This document shows, one piece after another, positions 36,938 to 45,818 of a stretch of DNA of 64,000 nucleotides. Below the pieces are notes generated by a model. The model ran no database searches. It was not told the DNA's origin and worked only from the letters and a program-made list of their open reading frames with translations. The stretch is from Vulcanimicrobiota bacterium. GTDB lineage: Bacteria; Vulcanimicrobiota; Vulcanimicrobiia; Vulcanimicrobiales; Vulcanimicrobiaceae. Position numbers and translations under genes: made by a program. Positions within the stretch are counted from its first letter, which is position 1. The number at the start of each line of letters is the position of its first letter. The DNA lies in the NCBI GenBank assembly GCA_963695225.1, contig OY968762.1, forward strand, positions 1,184,001-1,248,000, given 5' to 3'.

Positions 36938-38863
36938 ATGACGGACGATCCGCGGATTCACGCGCTCCCCGACATTCACGGCCACCCGAAGGGCGAACAC
37001 CGCCCGTACGCTGAGGAGCGGCCGATCCCCTATTCGGCGCGGATGCTGTTTCTGTGGTTCTACCACGCCTGCCGGCGTGGCTCGCCGCGCTTCATGATGG
37101 TCTCCGACCACGTCAATTACCTCACGTTCGAGGATCCGGCCGCCGTCAATCTCGTCCGCCGTGCCCTCAAGCTCGCCCATGCGGGCGATCTCTACGGCGC
37201 CGCGGAGACCGCCGGCGTCGAGATCGCTCACGCCGCGGTCGTTTCCGAGGGCCTGCGTAAAGGGATGCGCTATTCCATCGGCGCCGAGGTCGACAACGAT
37301 CCGCGCAGCCGGCCGGACGCGCAGAACATCGTGGACGCGATGAAGCCGGACGGGACGATCCGTTCCGTGCATTTCCTCCCGATCCCGCACCCCGAGCACG
37401 GCGAAGGCTGGCTGTGGCCCTTCGACAATCCCGAGTTCGTCGCGACCTTCGATCTCGTCGGCGTCGAGCGCACGTGGGAAATCTATATCGAAACGCTGCT
37501 CGCCGCCCTCGAGAACCAGAGCTCCCAAATCCTCGGGCATTTCTACGTGCCCGCGAAATTCGGGCACTGGCCGGCCACGGAGATCCTCGAGGCCTACGAG
37601 GACCGCATCATCGAAGTCTGCAAGGAGCGCGAGATCGCGATCGAGCTGAACTCCCGCTGCTTCTACCGCGACCAGAACGAAGAACAGCACCGGCGCTATC
37701 GCGAAGCGAACGCGCGCCTGCTCAAGAAAGCAAAGGCCGCGGGCGTTCTCGTCGCCGTCGGCTCCGACGCGCACAGCCCGAAGGATCAAGGGCGCGCCTT
37801 CGAGATCGTCCTCGAGATGCTCGACGAAGCGGAGATCAACGAGCTGGCGTTCCCGATCGGAGGGCGTCTCGCGAAGGTCGCGCTGCGCGCCAGCAAAGAG
37901 CTCCTCGAACAGAAGCGCAACGTCGCCCCGGTCTCTGTCGGGAGCAGCATCACGGGCCTCGGCCGGGCCGAGCTCGCAGCGCGCGGTGTCGCGTTACCCC
38001 CGGAGAGCGAGCCCGCCGAGCGCACCGAGGCTGCGGCTCGAACGAGGCAGAAGCGCGTTGCTGCCGCGGCGGCCGCCGCCGAAGCGCCCGACGCCGCGCT
38101 CAAGGCGCCGCGCCGCGCGAAGGCAGCGCCGGCGCAGATCGCTGAGAACACGCCCGAAGCTGCGCCCGCCGGCGACGGTGCGGCCGCACCGGCCGCCGAC
38201 GTGCCGGCCAAGCCGGCGAGAGCGCGCTCCGCGCGCGTTCCAAAGGCACTCCCCGTGGCGGCCGAAGCCGCGGCACCGCAGCGCGAGGCGCTCGAGCCTG
38301 CACCCGTCACCCAGGCCCTGACGCCCGCGACCGTACCGGCCACGGGCGCTCCCGCCAAGAAGGGGGCGCGCGCCAAACCCGCTCGCGTCGAGGCACGCGA
38401 GAGCGCGCCGCCCGCGAAAGCAACCGCGGCGAAACCGATCGCGGCGAAGGCGACCGCCGCCAAGGCGAAGGCGACGGCGGTGAAGGCGGCGGCGGCGAAA
38501 CCGCCGCCGAAACGCCCCTCCGCGAAGACTCCCGCCGCAGCGGCCAAGCCGGCCGCTCGCACGGCGAAGCCCGCCAAGAAGGCCCCGCCGTCGAAGGCGG
38601 CCGCACCGCGCGCCGCCGCGAAGGCGAAACCGCCGGCACGCGCCACCGCTGCGGCCGCGAAGAAAGCCGCCCCAGCGAAGAAGGTTTCGCCCCCCGCCGC
38701 GCGCGCGGCGAAGGCGCGCAAGGTCGCGAAAGCCGCGCCGAAGACAGCGGCAAAAGCGCCCGCGAAAGCCCCTGCCAAAGCAGCAAAGAGCGCGCCCAAG
38801 GCCGCAAAGCCGAAGCCGAAGGGAAAAGGTTCTTCCAACAAGGCAACGCGCAAGCGCCGCTGA
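36938..38863 (+). CDS. PHP-domain phosphoesterase (HisJ-like) with long Ala/Lys/Pro-rich histone-H1-like C-terminal tail
   Basis: DIHGH, SDH, GAEVD, SVH, LGH, ELNS, GSDAH; tail AKPAKKA/KAPAKA; RBS AGGAG. Confidence 0.85.
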   Translation: MTDDPRIHALPDIHGHPKGEHRPYAEERPIPYSARMLFLWFYHACRRGSPRFMMVSDHVNYLTFEDPAAVNLVRRALKLAHAGDLYGAAETAGVEIAHAAVVSEGLRKGMRYSIGAEVDNDPRSRPDAQNIVDAMKPDGTIRSVHFLPIPHPEHGEGWLWPFDNPEFVATFDLVGVERTWEIYIETLLAALENQSSQILGHFYVPAKFGHWPATEILEAYEDRIIEVCKEREIAIELNSRCFYRDQNEEQHRRYREANARLLKKAKAAGVLVAVGSDAHSPKDQGRAFEIVLEMLDEAEINELAFPIGGRLAKVALRASKELLEQKRNVAPVSVGSSITGLGRAELAARGVALPPESEPAERTEAAARTRQKRVAAAAAAAEAPDAALKAPRRAKAAPAQIAENTPEAAPAGDGAAAPAADVPAKPARARSARVPKALPVAAEAAAPQREALEPAPVTQALTPATVPATGAPAKKGARAKPARVEARESAPPAKATAAKPIAAKATAAKAKATAVKAAAAKPPPKRPSAKTPAAAAKPAARTAKPAKKAPPSKAAAPRAAAKAKPPARATAAAAKKAAPAKKVSPPAARAAKARKVAKAAPKTAAKAPAKAPAKAAKSAPKAAKPKPKGKGSSNKATRKRR

Positions 38864-38904
38864 ATTTGCACCTCCTCGCTTCATAAGTTTCGGGAGGTGT
38901 CCGC

Positions 38905-40920
38905 ATGGGACAGATCGATCGCCGCCGCAACGTTGCATTCGTCGGACCGCATCACAGCGGAAAGACGACCCTCGTCGAGGCGGTGCTCGCCTATTGCGGC
39001 GCGATCCCACGGCGCGGCTCCGTTACCGACGGGACCGCCACGACCGATTACGAGCCCGAGTGCGTCGATCGCGCGCAATCGACCAGCGTCGGTTTCGCGC
39101 ACGCCGAAACTGCGACGATCGATCTCACGCTGATCGATTGCCCGGGCTTCGTCGATTTCATCGATGAAGCGAAGCTCGCGCTTCTCGCGGCGGATGCCGC
39201 CGTCGTCGTGATCGACGCGGACCCGACGAGGGTCAAGCAGACGCGCGCGCTCGTCGACTTCCTCGACGAGCGTAAGATCGCGCATTGTTTCTTCGTCAGC
39301 AAGCTCGACCGGACCGGGAGCGACTTCCGCGGCACGCTCGCCGCGCTGAGCGAGACCTACGGGAATCGAGTCGTTGCCGAACACCTGCCGCTCGGCGAAG
39401 GCGAGTCGTTCCGGGGATACGTCGACCTCGCCGACCAGCACGCGTTCGTCGTCGAGAAAGGGAAGGCGCGCGAGATCTCGCTCGAGCCCGAGTTGGCGGG
39501 GACCGTCCAAGAAGCCCGCACGAAGCTGCTCGAAGCGCTCGGAGATTTCGACGACCATCTCCTCGAGGAGTTGCTGGAAGGGATCGAGCCGCCGCTCGAA
39601 GAGATCCGCCGCGACCTGCACGACGAGACCGTCAAGGATCTCATCGTGCCGATTCTCGTCGGTTCGGCCCTGACCGATATCGGCGTCGGCGCCCTGCTCG
39701 ACGTCATCGAGCGGCAATTCCCGGCGCCGGCCGGCGACCCGACCGCTCCGCTCGTCGCGCAGGTCTGCAAGACGTCGATCCACCCGCAATCGGGGAAGCT
39801 CTCGATCGCGCGGATCCATAGCGGGACGCTGGCCGCCGATGCGGCTCTGGTCGACCGCTCCCGCGAGAACCTGCGCGTCCGCGCCGCCGGGCTCTACCGC
39901 TTGCAAGGGAAGAAACAGGAAAGCCTGACCGGCGCGGGCCCGGGCGAAATCGTCGCGATCGCGCGTCTCGAAGGCGTCACGACCGGCGATACGCTGACGA
40001 CGAACGGAAACGCCGTCGAACCGTTGCCCGTCCCGCCGGTCGCTGCGCCCCTGTTCGCCGTCGCGATCAGGCCGAAGGAACGCCTCGACGAAGCGAAGCT
40101 CTCGCAAGTCCTCGCGCGCGTCTGCGAGGAGGATCCCGCCGTCGCGCTCGTCCGCGCCGAGTTCACGAACGAACTCCAGCTCTTGGGTGCGGGGGAAGTG
40201 CACGTCGCGACGACCGCTCAGCGCATCGCCCGCAAGTACCATCTCGCGCTCGACCTCAATCCGCCGACCGTCGCCTATCGCGAGACGATCACGCTGCCGA
40301 CCGATTCGCATGCGCGTTACAAGCACCAGACGGGCGGGCACGGCCAGTTCGCCGACGTCACGATTCGCATCGAACCGCGCGAGCGCGGGCACGGCGTGAC
40401 CTTCTCCGAGCAGATCGTCGGAGGCGTCGTCCCGCGGAACTTCTTTCCGGCGGTCGAGAAGGGCGTGCGCGAGGCGTTGCTGCACGGTCCGGTCGCGAAG
40501 CGCCCGGTCGTCGATCTGCACGTGACCTTGATCGACGGCGCGTACCACACCGTCGATTCGAGCGAAGCCGCGTTCAAGACGGCCGCGGGGCTCGCGATTC
40601 GCGAAGGCCTGGCGCGCTGCGCACCGATGCTGCTGGAGCCCGTGCTGCGGGTCGAGGCCGATATCCCCGAAGAGTTCGCAGCCGCCGTTCTCGGGGGCCT
40701 CAGCGCGAAACGCGCGCAAGTGCTCGCCTTCGAGCCCTGCGAGCCGCGCGGGTTCCGGCGCGTGACGGCGTTCGCGCCGCAAGCGGAACTAGGAAACTAC
40801 ATCAGCGAGCTGCGCACCGCCACGGCCGGGCTCGGAACGTACCGCTGGCAACACGAACGCTTCGACGTCGCGCCGCCGAAGGTCGCCGAAGGGTTGCGCG
40901 AAGCCGTCGCGGCCGGCTAG
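38905..40920 (+). CDS. Elongation factor G-like protein (EF-G2 type)
   Basis: GPHHSGKTT, DCPG, SKLD, GSA, VAYRETI, HQTGGHGQF, VDSSEAAF, LLEP. Confidence 0.9.
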   Translation: MGQIDRRRNVAFVGPHHSGKTTLVEAVLAYCGAIPRRGSVTDGTATTDYEPECVDRAQSTSVGFAHAETATIDLTLIDCPGFVDFIDEAKLALLAADAAVVVIDADPTRVKQTRALVDFLDERKIAHCFFVSKLDRTGSDFRGTLAALSETYGNRVVAEHLPLGEGESFRGYVDLADQHAFVVEKGKAREISLEPELAGTVQEARTKLLEALGDFDDHLLEELLEGIEPPLEEIRRDLHDETVKDLIVPILVGSALTDIGVGALLDVIERQFPAPAGDPTAPLVAQVCKTSIHPQSGKLSIARIHSGTLAADAALVDRSRENLRVRAAGLYRLQGKKQESLTGAGPGEIVAIARLEGVTTGDTLTTNGNAVEPLPVPPVAAPLFAVAIRPKERLDEAKLSQVLARVCEEDPAVALVRAEFTNELQLLGAGEVHVATTAQRIARKYHLALDLNPPTVAYRETITLPTDSHARYKHQTGGHGQFADVTIRIEPRERGHGVTFSEQIVGGVVPRNFFPAVEKGVREALLHGPVAKRPVVDLHVTLIDGAYHTVDSSEAAFKTAAGLAIREGLARCAPMLLEPVLRVEADIPEEFAAAVLGGLSAKRAQVLAFEPCEPRGFRRVTAFAPQAELGNYISELRTATAGLGTYRWQHERFDVAPPKVAEGLREAVAAG

Positions 40921-40987
40921 AACGGGGCCTACGGGGGGCGCCCACGCCCGCAAGCCGAACAAAAGCCTGTTCCGAACAGGAGGGCTT

Positions 40988-42643
40988 TTGCTTTTTCGTC
41001 GCATCCTCGCGCCGCTTGCCGCGGCGCTCCTGCTCGCGGCCTGCACGAAAGTCGCCACCGAGGCGCCGCAAGCCGGCGCGACCGGTGCGATCGGCGCGCG
41101 GCACGCGTGGACGGAGCCCGGCGTCTTGCGGATCGGGATCATGCTCACGCCGAATCAGCTCAACCCGATCCTGACCGAGAACACGACGGAGAGCATGCTC
41201 GCCGGCTTGACCTTCGATCTTTTGATAGAAGCCGACGAAAAAGGGAATCCCGTCCCCCGGCTCGCGACCGAAGTGCCGACGCTCGAAAACGGCGGGATCA
41301 GCCCGGACGGCTTGACGATCACGTACCACCTGCGCAAGAACGTCAAGTGGCACGACGGAGTCCCGTTCACGAGCAAAGACGTCAAGTACAGCCTCGAGCA
41401 GTTGATGAACCCGAAGAACAACGTCATCTCGCGGACGGGGTACGAATTGGTCAAGAGCGTCGATACGCCCGACCCAGCGACGGTGACGTTCCACCTCAAA
41501 GAGAAGTTCGTCCCGTTCGTCAACACCGTGTTCGCGGAGAGCGACAATCCGTTCCGGATCATCCCCGAGCATCTGCTCGCAAAGTACTCGGACCTCAACG
41601 GCGTCCCGTTCAACTCCAGCCCGGTGGGGACCGGGCCGTTCAAGTTCGTCTCCTGGCGGCGCGGAGATCGCCTCGAGTACGCTGCGAACGACGGCTACTT
41701 TCTCGGAAAGCCTAAACTGAGCAAGATCGTCGCGCGGATCATCCCCGACGAGAACACGCTCGTCACGGCGTTGCGCACGCACGAGATCGATTGGCTCTTC
41801 GAGGCGACGCCGAACACGTACAAGGAATTGAAAACGCTCCCCGACGTGATGAACCTGCTCGTCGACAACAACCAATACTACGGCATGCTCTACAACATCA
41901 AGCAGCCGTTACTCGCGGACGCGCGCGTCCGCCGCGCGATCGCGTACGGTCTCGATAAGAAGGCGCTCGTCGACGACAACACGTTCGGCTCGGCCTCGGT
42001 CGCAACCGAAGACCTCCCAGCCTACATGTGGGCCTACGAGCCGAACGTGACCGTCTACGGGCACGACCCCGCAAAGGCAAAGGCGCTGCTCGCGCAGGCG
42101 GGGTGGAAACCCGGCCAGGACGGCATCCTCACGCGGGACGGGAAACGGCTTTCGCTCGTCATGACATACAATCAGGGTTCCGCGACGAGCAAGCAGACGA
42201 GCGTCCAAATACAAGCGGCGCTGCGCGAGATCGGCGTAGACATCCAGCCCAAGCCCTACCTCGGCTCGCTCCTGTTCGCGTCGTACGGTGCGGGCGGCAT
42301 CCTTCAGACCGGAAAATTCGACCTCAATCTCTCGGGCTGGATCGCGGGCGTCGATCCCGACGATTCATCCCAGTTCATGTGCAAGTTCATCCCGCCCGCG
42401 GGCAACAATTACACCCGGGAATGTTCGAAAGAGATGGACGCGGCGCAAGAAGAGGCCCTCGGGACCTTCGATCTGGCCAAGCGCAAGCTCGCCTATTCGA
42501 AGATCCAGAAGATCCTCGCCGGCGATATGCCGCAGAACTTCTTCTGGTGGCCGCGCCAGATTCAATCGATCAACCCCGACTTCAAAGGCTTCTCACCGAA
42601 CCCGGTGACGGAGTCGTGGAATGCGTATCTGTGGGACATATAG
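40988..42643 (+). CDS. Peptide/nickel ABC transporter substrate-binding lipoprotein (family 5)
   Basis: Lipobox LLLAAC; KWHDGVPFTSKDV, GTGPFK, VRRAIAYG. Confidence 0.92.
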   Translation: MLFRRILAPLAAALLLAACTKVATEAPQAGATGAIGARHAWTEPGVLRIGIMLTPNQLNPILTENTTESMLAGLTFDLLIEADEKGNPVPRLATEVPTLENGGISPDGLTITYHLRKNVKWHDGVPFTSKDVKYSLEQLMNPKNNVISRTGYELVKSVDTPDPATVTFHLKEKFVPFVNTVFAESDNPFRIIPEHLLAKYSDLNGVPFNSSPVGTGPFKFVSWRRGDRLEYAANDGYFLGKPKLSKIVARIIPDENTLVTALRTHEIDWLFEATPNTYKELKTLPDVMNLLVDNNQYYGMLYNIKQPLLADARVRRAIAYGLDKKALVDDNTFGSASVATEDLPAYMWAYEPNVTVYGHDPAKAKALLAQAGWKPGQDGILTRDGKRLSLVMTYNQGSATSKQTSVQIQAALREIGVDIQPKPYLGSLLFASYGAGGILQTGKFDLNLSGWIAGVDPDDSSQFMCKFIPPAGNNYTRECSKEMDAAQEEALGTFDLAKRKLAYSKIQKILAGDMPQNFFWWPRQIQSINPDFKGFSPNPVTESWNAYLWDI

Positions 42644-43185
42644 AACCGGAAGGCTCGCGGCTCGGCCGCATACCCGAGATCAAGTGGCTCGTCAGCACGA
42701 TCATGGAGCGCGCGCTCACGCGCGGCGAATATCTGCTCTCCGGCGGCGTGCGAAGCGATTACTACATCGACAAGTTCCGGCTCTTCGCAGACCCGTCCGT
42801 GTTGCGCCGTATCGCGAGGCTTTTCTCCCCGGTCGTTGCGGAGACCGCGCCCGATTTGATCGCCGGGACGGAGATCGGCGGCGTCATCTTGGCGACGGCG
42901 GTCTCGCAGATGACGAACATTCCGATGATCGTCGTCCGCAAAGCGCCCAAGGCGTTCGGCGCGTTCGCCGACGAGTACGTCGAGGGGCCGTACCGCGAGG
43001 GGCAGCGCGTCCTGCTGCTGGAGGACGTGGTCACGAGCGGCCGCGAGGTCCTGGCCGCGAAACTGCGGCTCGAGGAGCTCAAGCTGCACGTCGAGGTCTG
43101 GGCCGTCATCAACCGCGGGCTCGCGCCGGTGAAATCTCTCGTGCAGTTCTCGCTGCCGCGCAGCGACGCCAAGACCGAGAACTAG
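42631..43185 (+). CDS. Orotate phosphoribosyltransferase-like protein
   Basis: GEYLLSGG.RSDYYID, VRK, PRPP loop LLLEDVVTSG; start uncertain (42631, 42640 or 42703). Confidence 0.8.
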   Translation: MGHIEPEGSRLGRIPEIKWLVSTIMERALTRGEYLLSGGVRSDYYIDKFRLFADPSVLRRIARLFSPVVAETAPDLIAGTEIGGVILATAVSQMTNIPMIVVRKAPKAFGAFADEYVEGPYREGQRVLLLEDVVTSGREVLAAKLRLEELKLHVEVWAVINRGLAPVKSLVQFSLPRSDAKTEN

Positions 43186-43200
43186 AGGCGCCGGCCTAGC

Positions 43201-44004
43201 TCATTCGATCGCGTACGTCGCGTGATCGTCCGCGACGTCCAGTTCCCCGTCGAAGACCGCGCGGACGTGCCCGGTGATGACTTCGGGGGTGGCCTCGTTC
43301 GGATAATGCGTGATCCAGAGGCGCCGCACGCCCGCTTCGCGCGCCATCGAGGCGGCCTCGCGCGCCGACGCATGCCCGCGGCCGGTCGCCGATTCGCGAT
43401 GATCCTCGCCGAGCGTCGCCTCGCACAGGAACAGATCGGCTTCCCGCGCGAGCCGGACGACGGCATCGGCGGGCGCGGTATCCGCCGAATAGACGAAGCT
43501 CGCCCCCGCTAGCTCGCAGCGGCAGGCGAACGCGGGGATGTAGTGCCGCGCGTGCGCGAAACGGAGCTGCGCCGGACCGATCCGGAGCTCCAGCGCCGGG
43601 TCGTAGGTGTGGACTTCGAACACTTCGCCGATAAAGTCGCCCCCCGGTTCGCGCGAGAGCGCGTCGGAGATCGCCCGCAGAATCGGTTCCCCCCCCGGCG
43701 GCAGGTAGAGCGGGACGCGCCAATCGTTCGCGCGCGGACCGTACTTGAGCGCGTAGCGCAGCGGGATCAGATCCAGGAAATGGTCGGCGTGCATGTGGCT
43801 GATCACGATCGCGTCGATGTCTTCGGGCCTCACGTAGGCCTGCGCGTTCGCGAACGCTCCGGTCCCGAAATCCAGGACGATGCGGGTTCCCTCGCCTTCG
43901 AGCAGATACGAGCTGCAGGCTCGGGCCGGCCGCGGAATCGCACAGCTCGAACCGAGCACGGTTGCGTGCAACGCGGCGGCCGGCTTTCGCGACGGCGCGG
44001 TCAT
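43201..44004 (-). CDS. MBL-fold metallo-hydrolase (RNase Z/YhfI-like)
   Basis: VLGSS, SHMHADH, YSADT, CEAT, GH, ITHY. Confidence 0.88.
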   Translation of the reverse strand: MTAPSRKPAAALHATVLGSSCAIPRPARACSSYLLEGEGTRIVLDFGTGAFANAQAYVRPEDIDAIVISHMHADHFLDLIPLRYALKYGPRANDWRVPLYLPPGGEPILRAISDALSREPGGDFIGEVFEVHTYDPALELRIGPAQLRFAHARHYIPAFACRCELAGASFVYSADTAPADAVVRLAREADLFLCEATLGEDHRESATGRGHASAREAASMAREAGVRRLWITHYPNEATPEVITGHVRAVFDGELDVADDHATYAIE

Positions 44005-44456
44005 TTCAGTTTGGATAGCACGTCCTCCGCGTGCCCGTCGACGCTGACCTTCGGCCACACGTGGACGATCTTCCCCGAGGCGTCGATCAAGAACGTCGCG
44101 CGCTGCACGCCCATCGATTTCTTTCCGTACATGTTCTTCTCCACGATCACGCCGAATGCGTTGCAGAGCTCCGATTCGACGTCCGCCAGAAGCGGGAACG
44201 GAATGCCGTGCTTCACCTTGAATTTCCGATGCGAGTCCGCGGAATCGCGGCTCACGCCGACGATCTGTGCTCCTTTCTTCTCGAATGCAGGGTAGAGGTC
44301 GGCGAATTGCGTCGCCTGGTTGGTGCACCCCGGCGTGTCATCCTTCGGATAGAAATACAGGACCAGCGGCCGTCCGTGAAAATCGACCGTCGATATGACC
44401 GTTCCGGTATCGTCCGCGAGCTTGACGGCCGGACAGGCCGCACCTACGTCCAGCAT
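44001..44456 (-). CDS. bcp: Peroxiredoxin, BCP/PrxQ family
   Basis: YFYPKDDTPGCT, GVSRD, QRATFLID. Confidence 0.93.
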   Translation of the reverse strand: MLDVGAACPAVKLADDTGTVISTVDFHGRPLVLYFYPKDDTPGCTNQATQFADLYPAFEKKGAQIVGVSRDSADSHRKFKVKHGIPFPLLADVESELCNAFGVIVEKNMYGKKSMGVQRATFLIDASGKIVHVWPKVSVDGHAEDVLSKLK

Positions 44457-44605
44457 CGAGTATAACGCCTCCGTCGCGCTTGACCGTGTGATGCATCTCT
44501 CGATACGCCCTCGCAGGCCTAATAGCCTCGCCTACGTCGCCTAGTAGGTAGGAACATTTATTGCCGGCTCGCACTTCGGCCTAACCTCGGCGACGTAGAC
44601 GTCCC

Positions 44606-45757
44606 TCACGTGCCGGCGCTTGCGACGTGCGGCGCGCGATCCTGCGCCCGGTGCGGCGAAAACAAGGCGAGCGCCTCGTCGGAGCGGCCGAGGATGAGCC
44701 CGGCGATCAAGCGTGCCGTCAGCGGGGTAAGCAAGATGCCGTTCCGGTCGTGCCCGGCCGCCACGAGATACCCCTCGAGCCCGGTCTCGCCGACGAACGG
44801 CATCCCGTCGGGAGAGCCCGGGCGCAGGCCGGCCCAGGTTTCGTGGATCGCCGCGTCTCGCAGGATCGGGAGGGCGTCGAGCGCAGGGTCGAGCAGCGCG
44901 CGTATGCCGCCTGCGGTGACGCGCAGATCGAAACCGGCGTTTTCGATCGTGGCGCCGACGAGGAGACGGCCGTCGGGGCGCGGCACGAAGTATGCGCCGG
45001 GGACCCGGAGCACGTGGGAGATGAGGCCCGCAGGCGCCGCTAACGCGAACATCTGCCCTTTCACCGGGACCACCGGGATGACGGCCCACGGCGGGACGCC
45101 CGCGAGCGCACCGCCCCACGCTCCCGCCGCATTGACGACGACGGAAGCCGCGATCGTTCCGTTCTTCGTGCGCACGCCGCACGCGCGCGCGCCGTCGGTC
45201 TCGAGCGCAAGCGCTTCGATGCCGACGTCGATGCGCACGCCGAGCACTTCGCATCCCGTCCTGAGCGCGCGCCCGAGGCGCCGGTTGTCGACCTGTCCGG
45301 AACGGCTGACGAGCGCCGCGCCAGCGCAGGCGGGTCCGAGCGCCGGCTCGAGTTCGAGCGCCCCGGCGCGCTCGAACCACTCCGCCGCGATGCCCCGCGC
45401 CGAGAACGCGCCGACCTTTTCTCGCAGCCGCCCGGCTGCCGCTTCGTCGTACGCGGCCTCAACGATCCCGTCCACGCGCAATCCGATATCGGTCCCGGTC
45501 CGATCTTCGAGATCCGCCGCGAACGAAGCGAACGCAGCGAACGAACGGATGCAGGCCGCTTCGTACGGATCCTCCGCAGCGGCGTCCCCATAGGGTGAGA
45601 GCATCCCGGCACCCGCCCACGAGGCCGAGGAGCCCGGCGCGCGCCCGTCGAGAATCCGCGCGCGGACGCCCTCTTTGGCGAGCTCGTAGGCGATGCCGAG
45701 GCCGATCAGCCCGGCGCCGACGATGACGACTTCCCGAGGCACTTCGTGTTCGCGCAT
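44606..45757 (-). CDS. thiO: Glycine oxidase ThiO-like FAD oxidoreductase
   Basis: GAGLIG, ASWAGAGML, PVKGQ, WAGLRP, GHDRNGILL. Confidence 0.85.
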   Translation of the reverse strand: MREHEVPREVVIVGAGLIGLGIAYELAKEGVRARILDGRAPGSSASWAGAGMLSPYGDAAAEDPYEAACIRSFAAFASFAADLEDRTGTDIGLRVDGIVEAAYDEAAAGRLREKVGAFSARGIAAEWFERAGALELEPALGPACAGAALVSRSGQVDNRRLGRALRTGCEVLGVRIDVGIEALALETDGARACGVRTKNGTIAASVVVNAAGAWGGALAGVPPWAVIPVVPVKGQMFALAAPAGLISHVLRVPGAYFVPRPDGRLLVGATIENAGFDLRVTAGGIRALLDPALDALPILRDAAIHETWAGLRPGSPDGMPFVGETGLEGYLVAAGHDRNGILLTPLTARLIAGLILGRSDEALALFSPHRAQDRAPHVASAGT

Positions 45758-45818
45758 CGCAAAGCGTCTTCGCCCGGCGAAGGTGCTGGCCCCACCGCGG
45801 CGGAGCCCGCCGCCGCGT

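Noticed and set aside
36612..36941. 109-aa ORF MQFDHDDW...
   Set aside because: Reads through a clear intrinsic terminator and T9 tract; no recognisable motifs
37786..38871. Hydrophobic Ala/Phe-rich antisense ORF resembling a membrane protein
   Set aside because: Mirror of the Lys/Ala codons in the H1-like tail
44508..44555. c-di-GMP-I riboswitch resemblance (GGCCTAA...TAGGTAG)
   Set aside because: Upstream GGCAAA/GAAA/GACGCAAAGC core is missing
45758..45818. TPP riboswitch upstream of thiO
   Set aside because: Only 61 bp and no CTGAGA core
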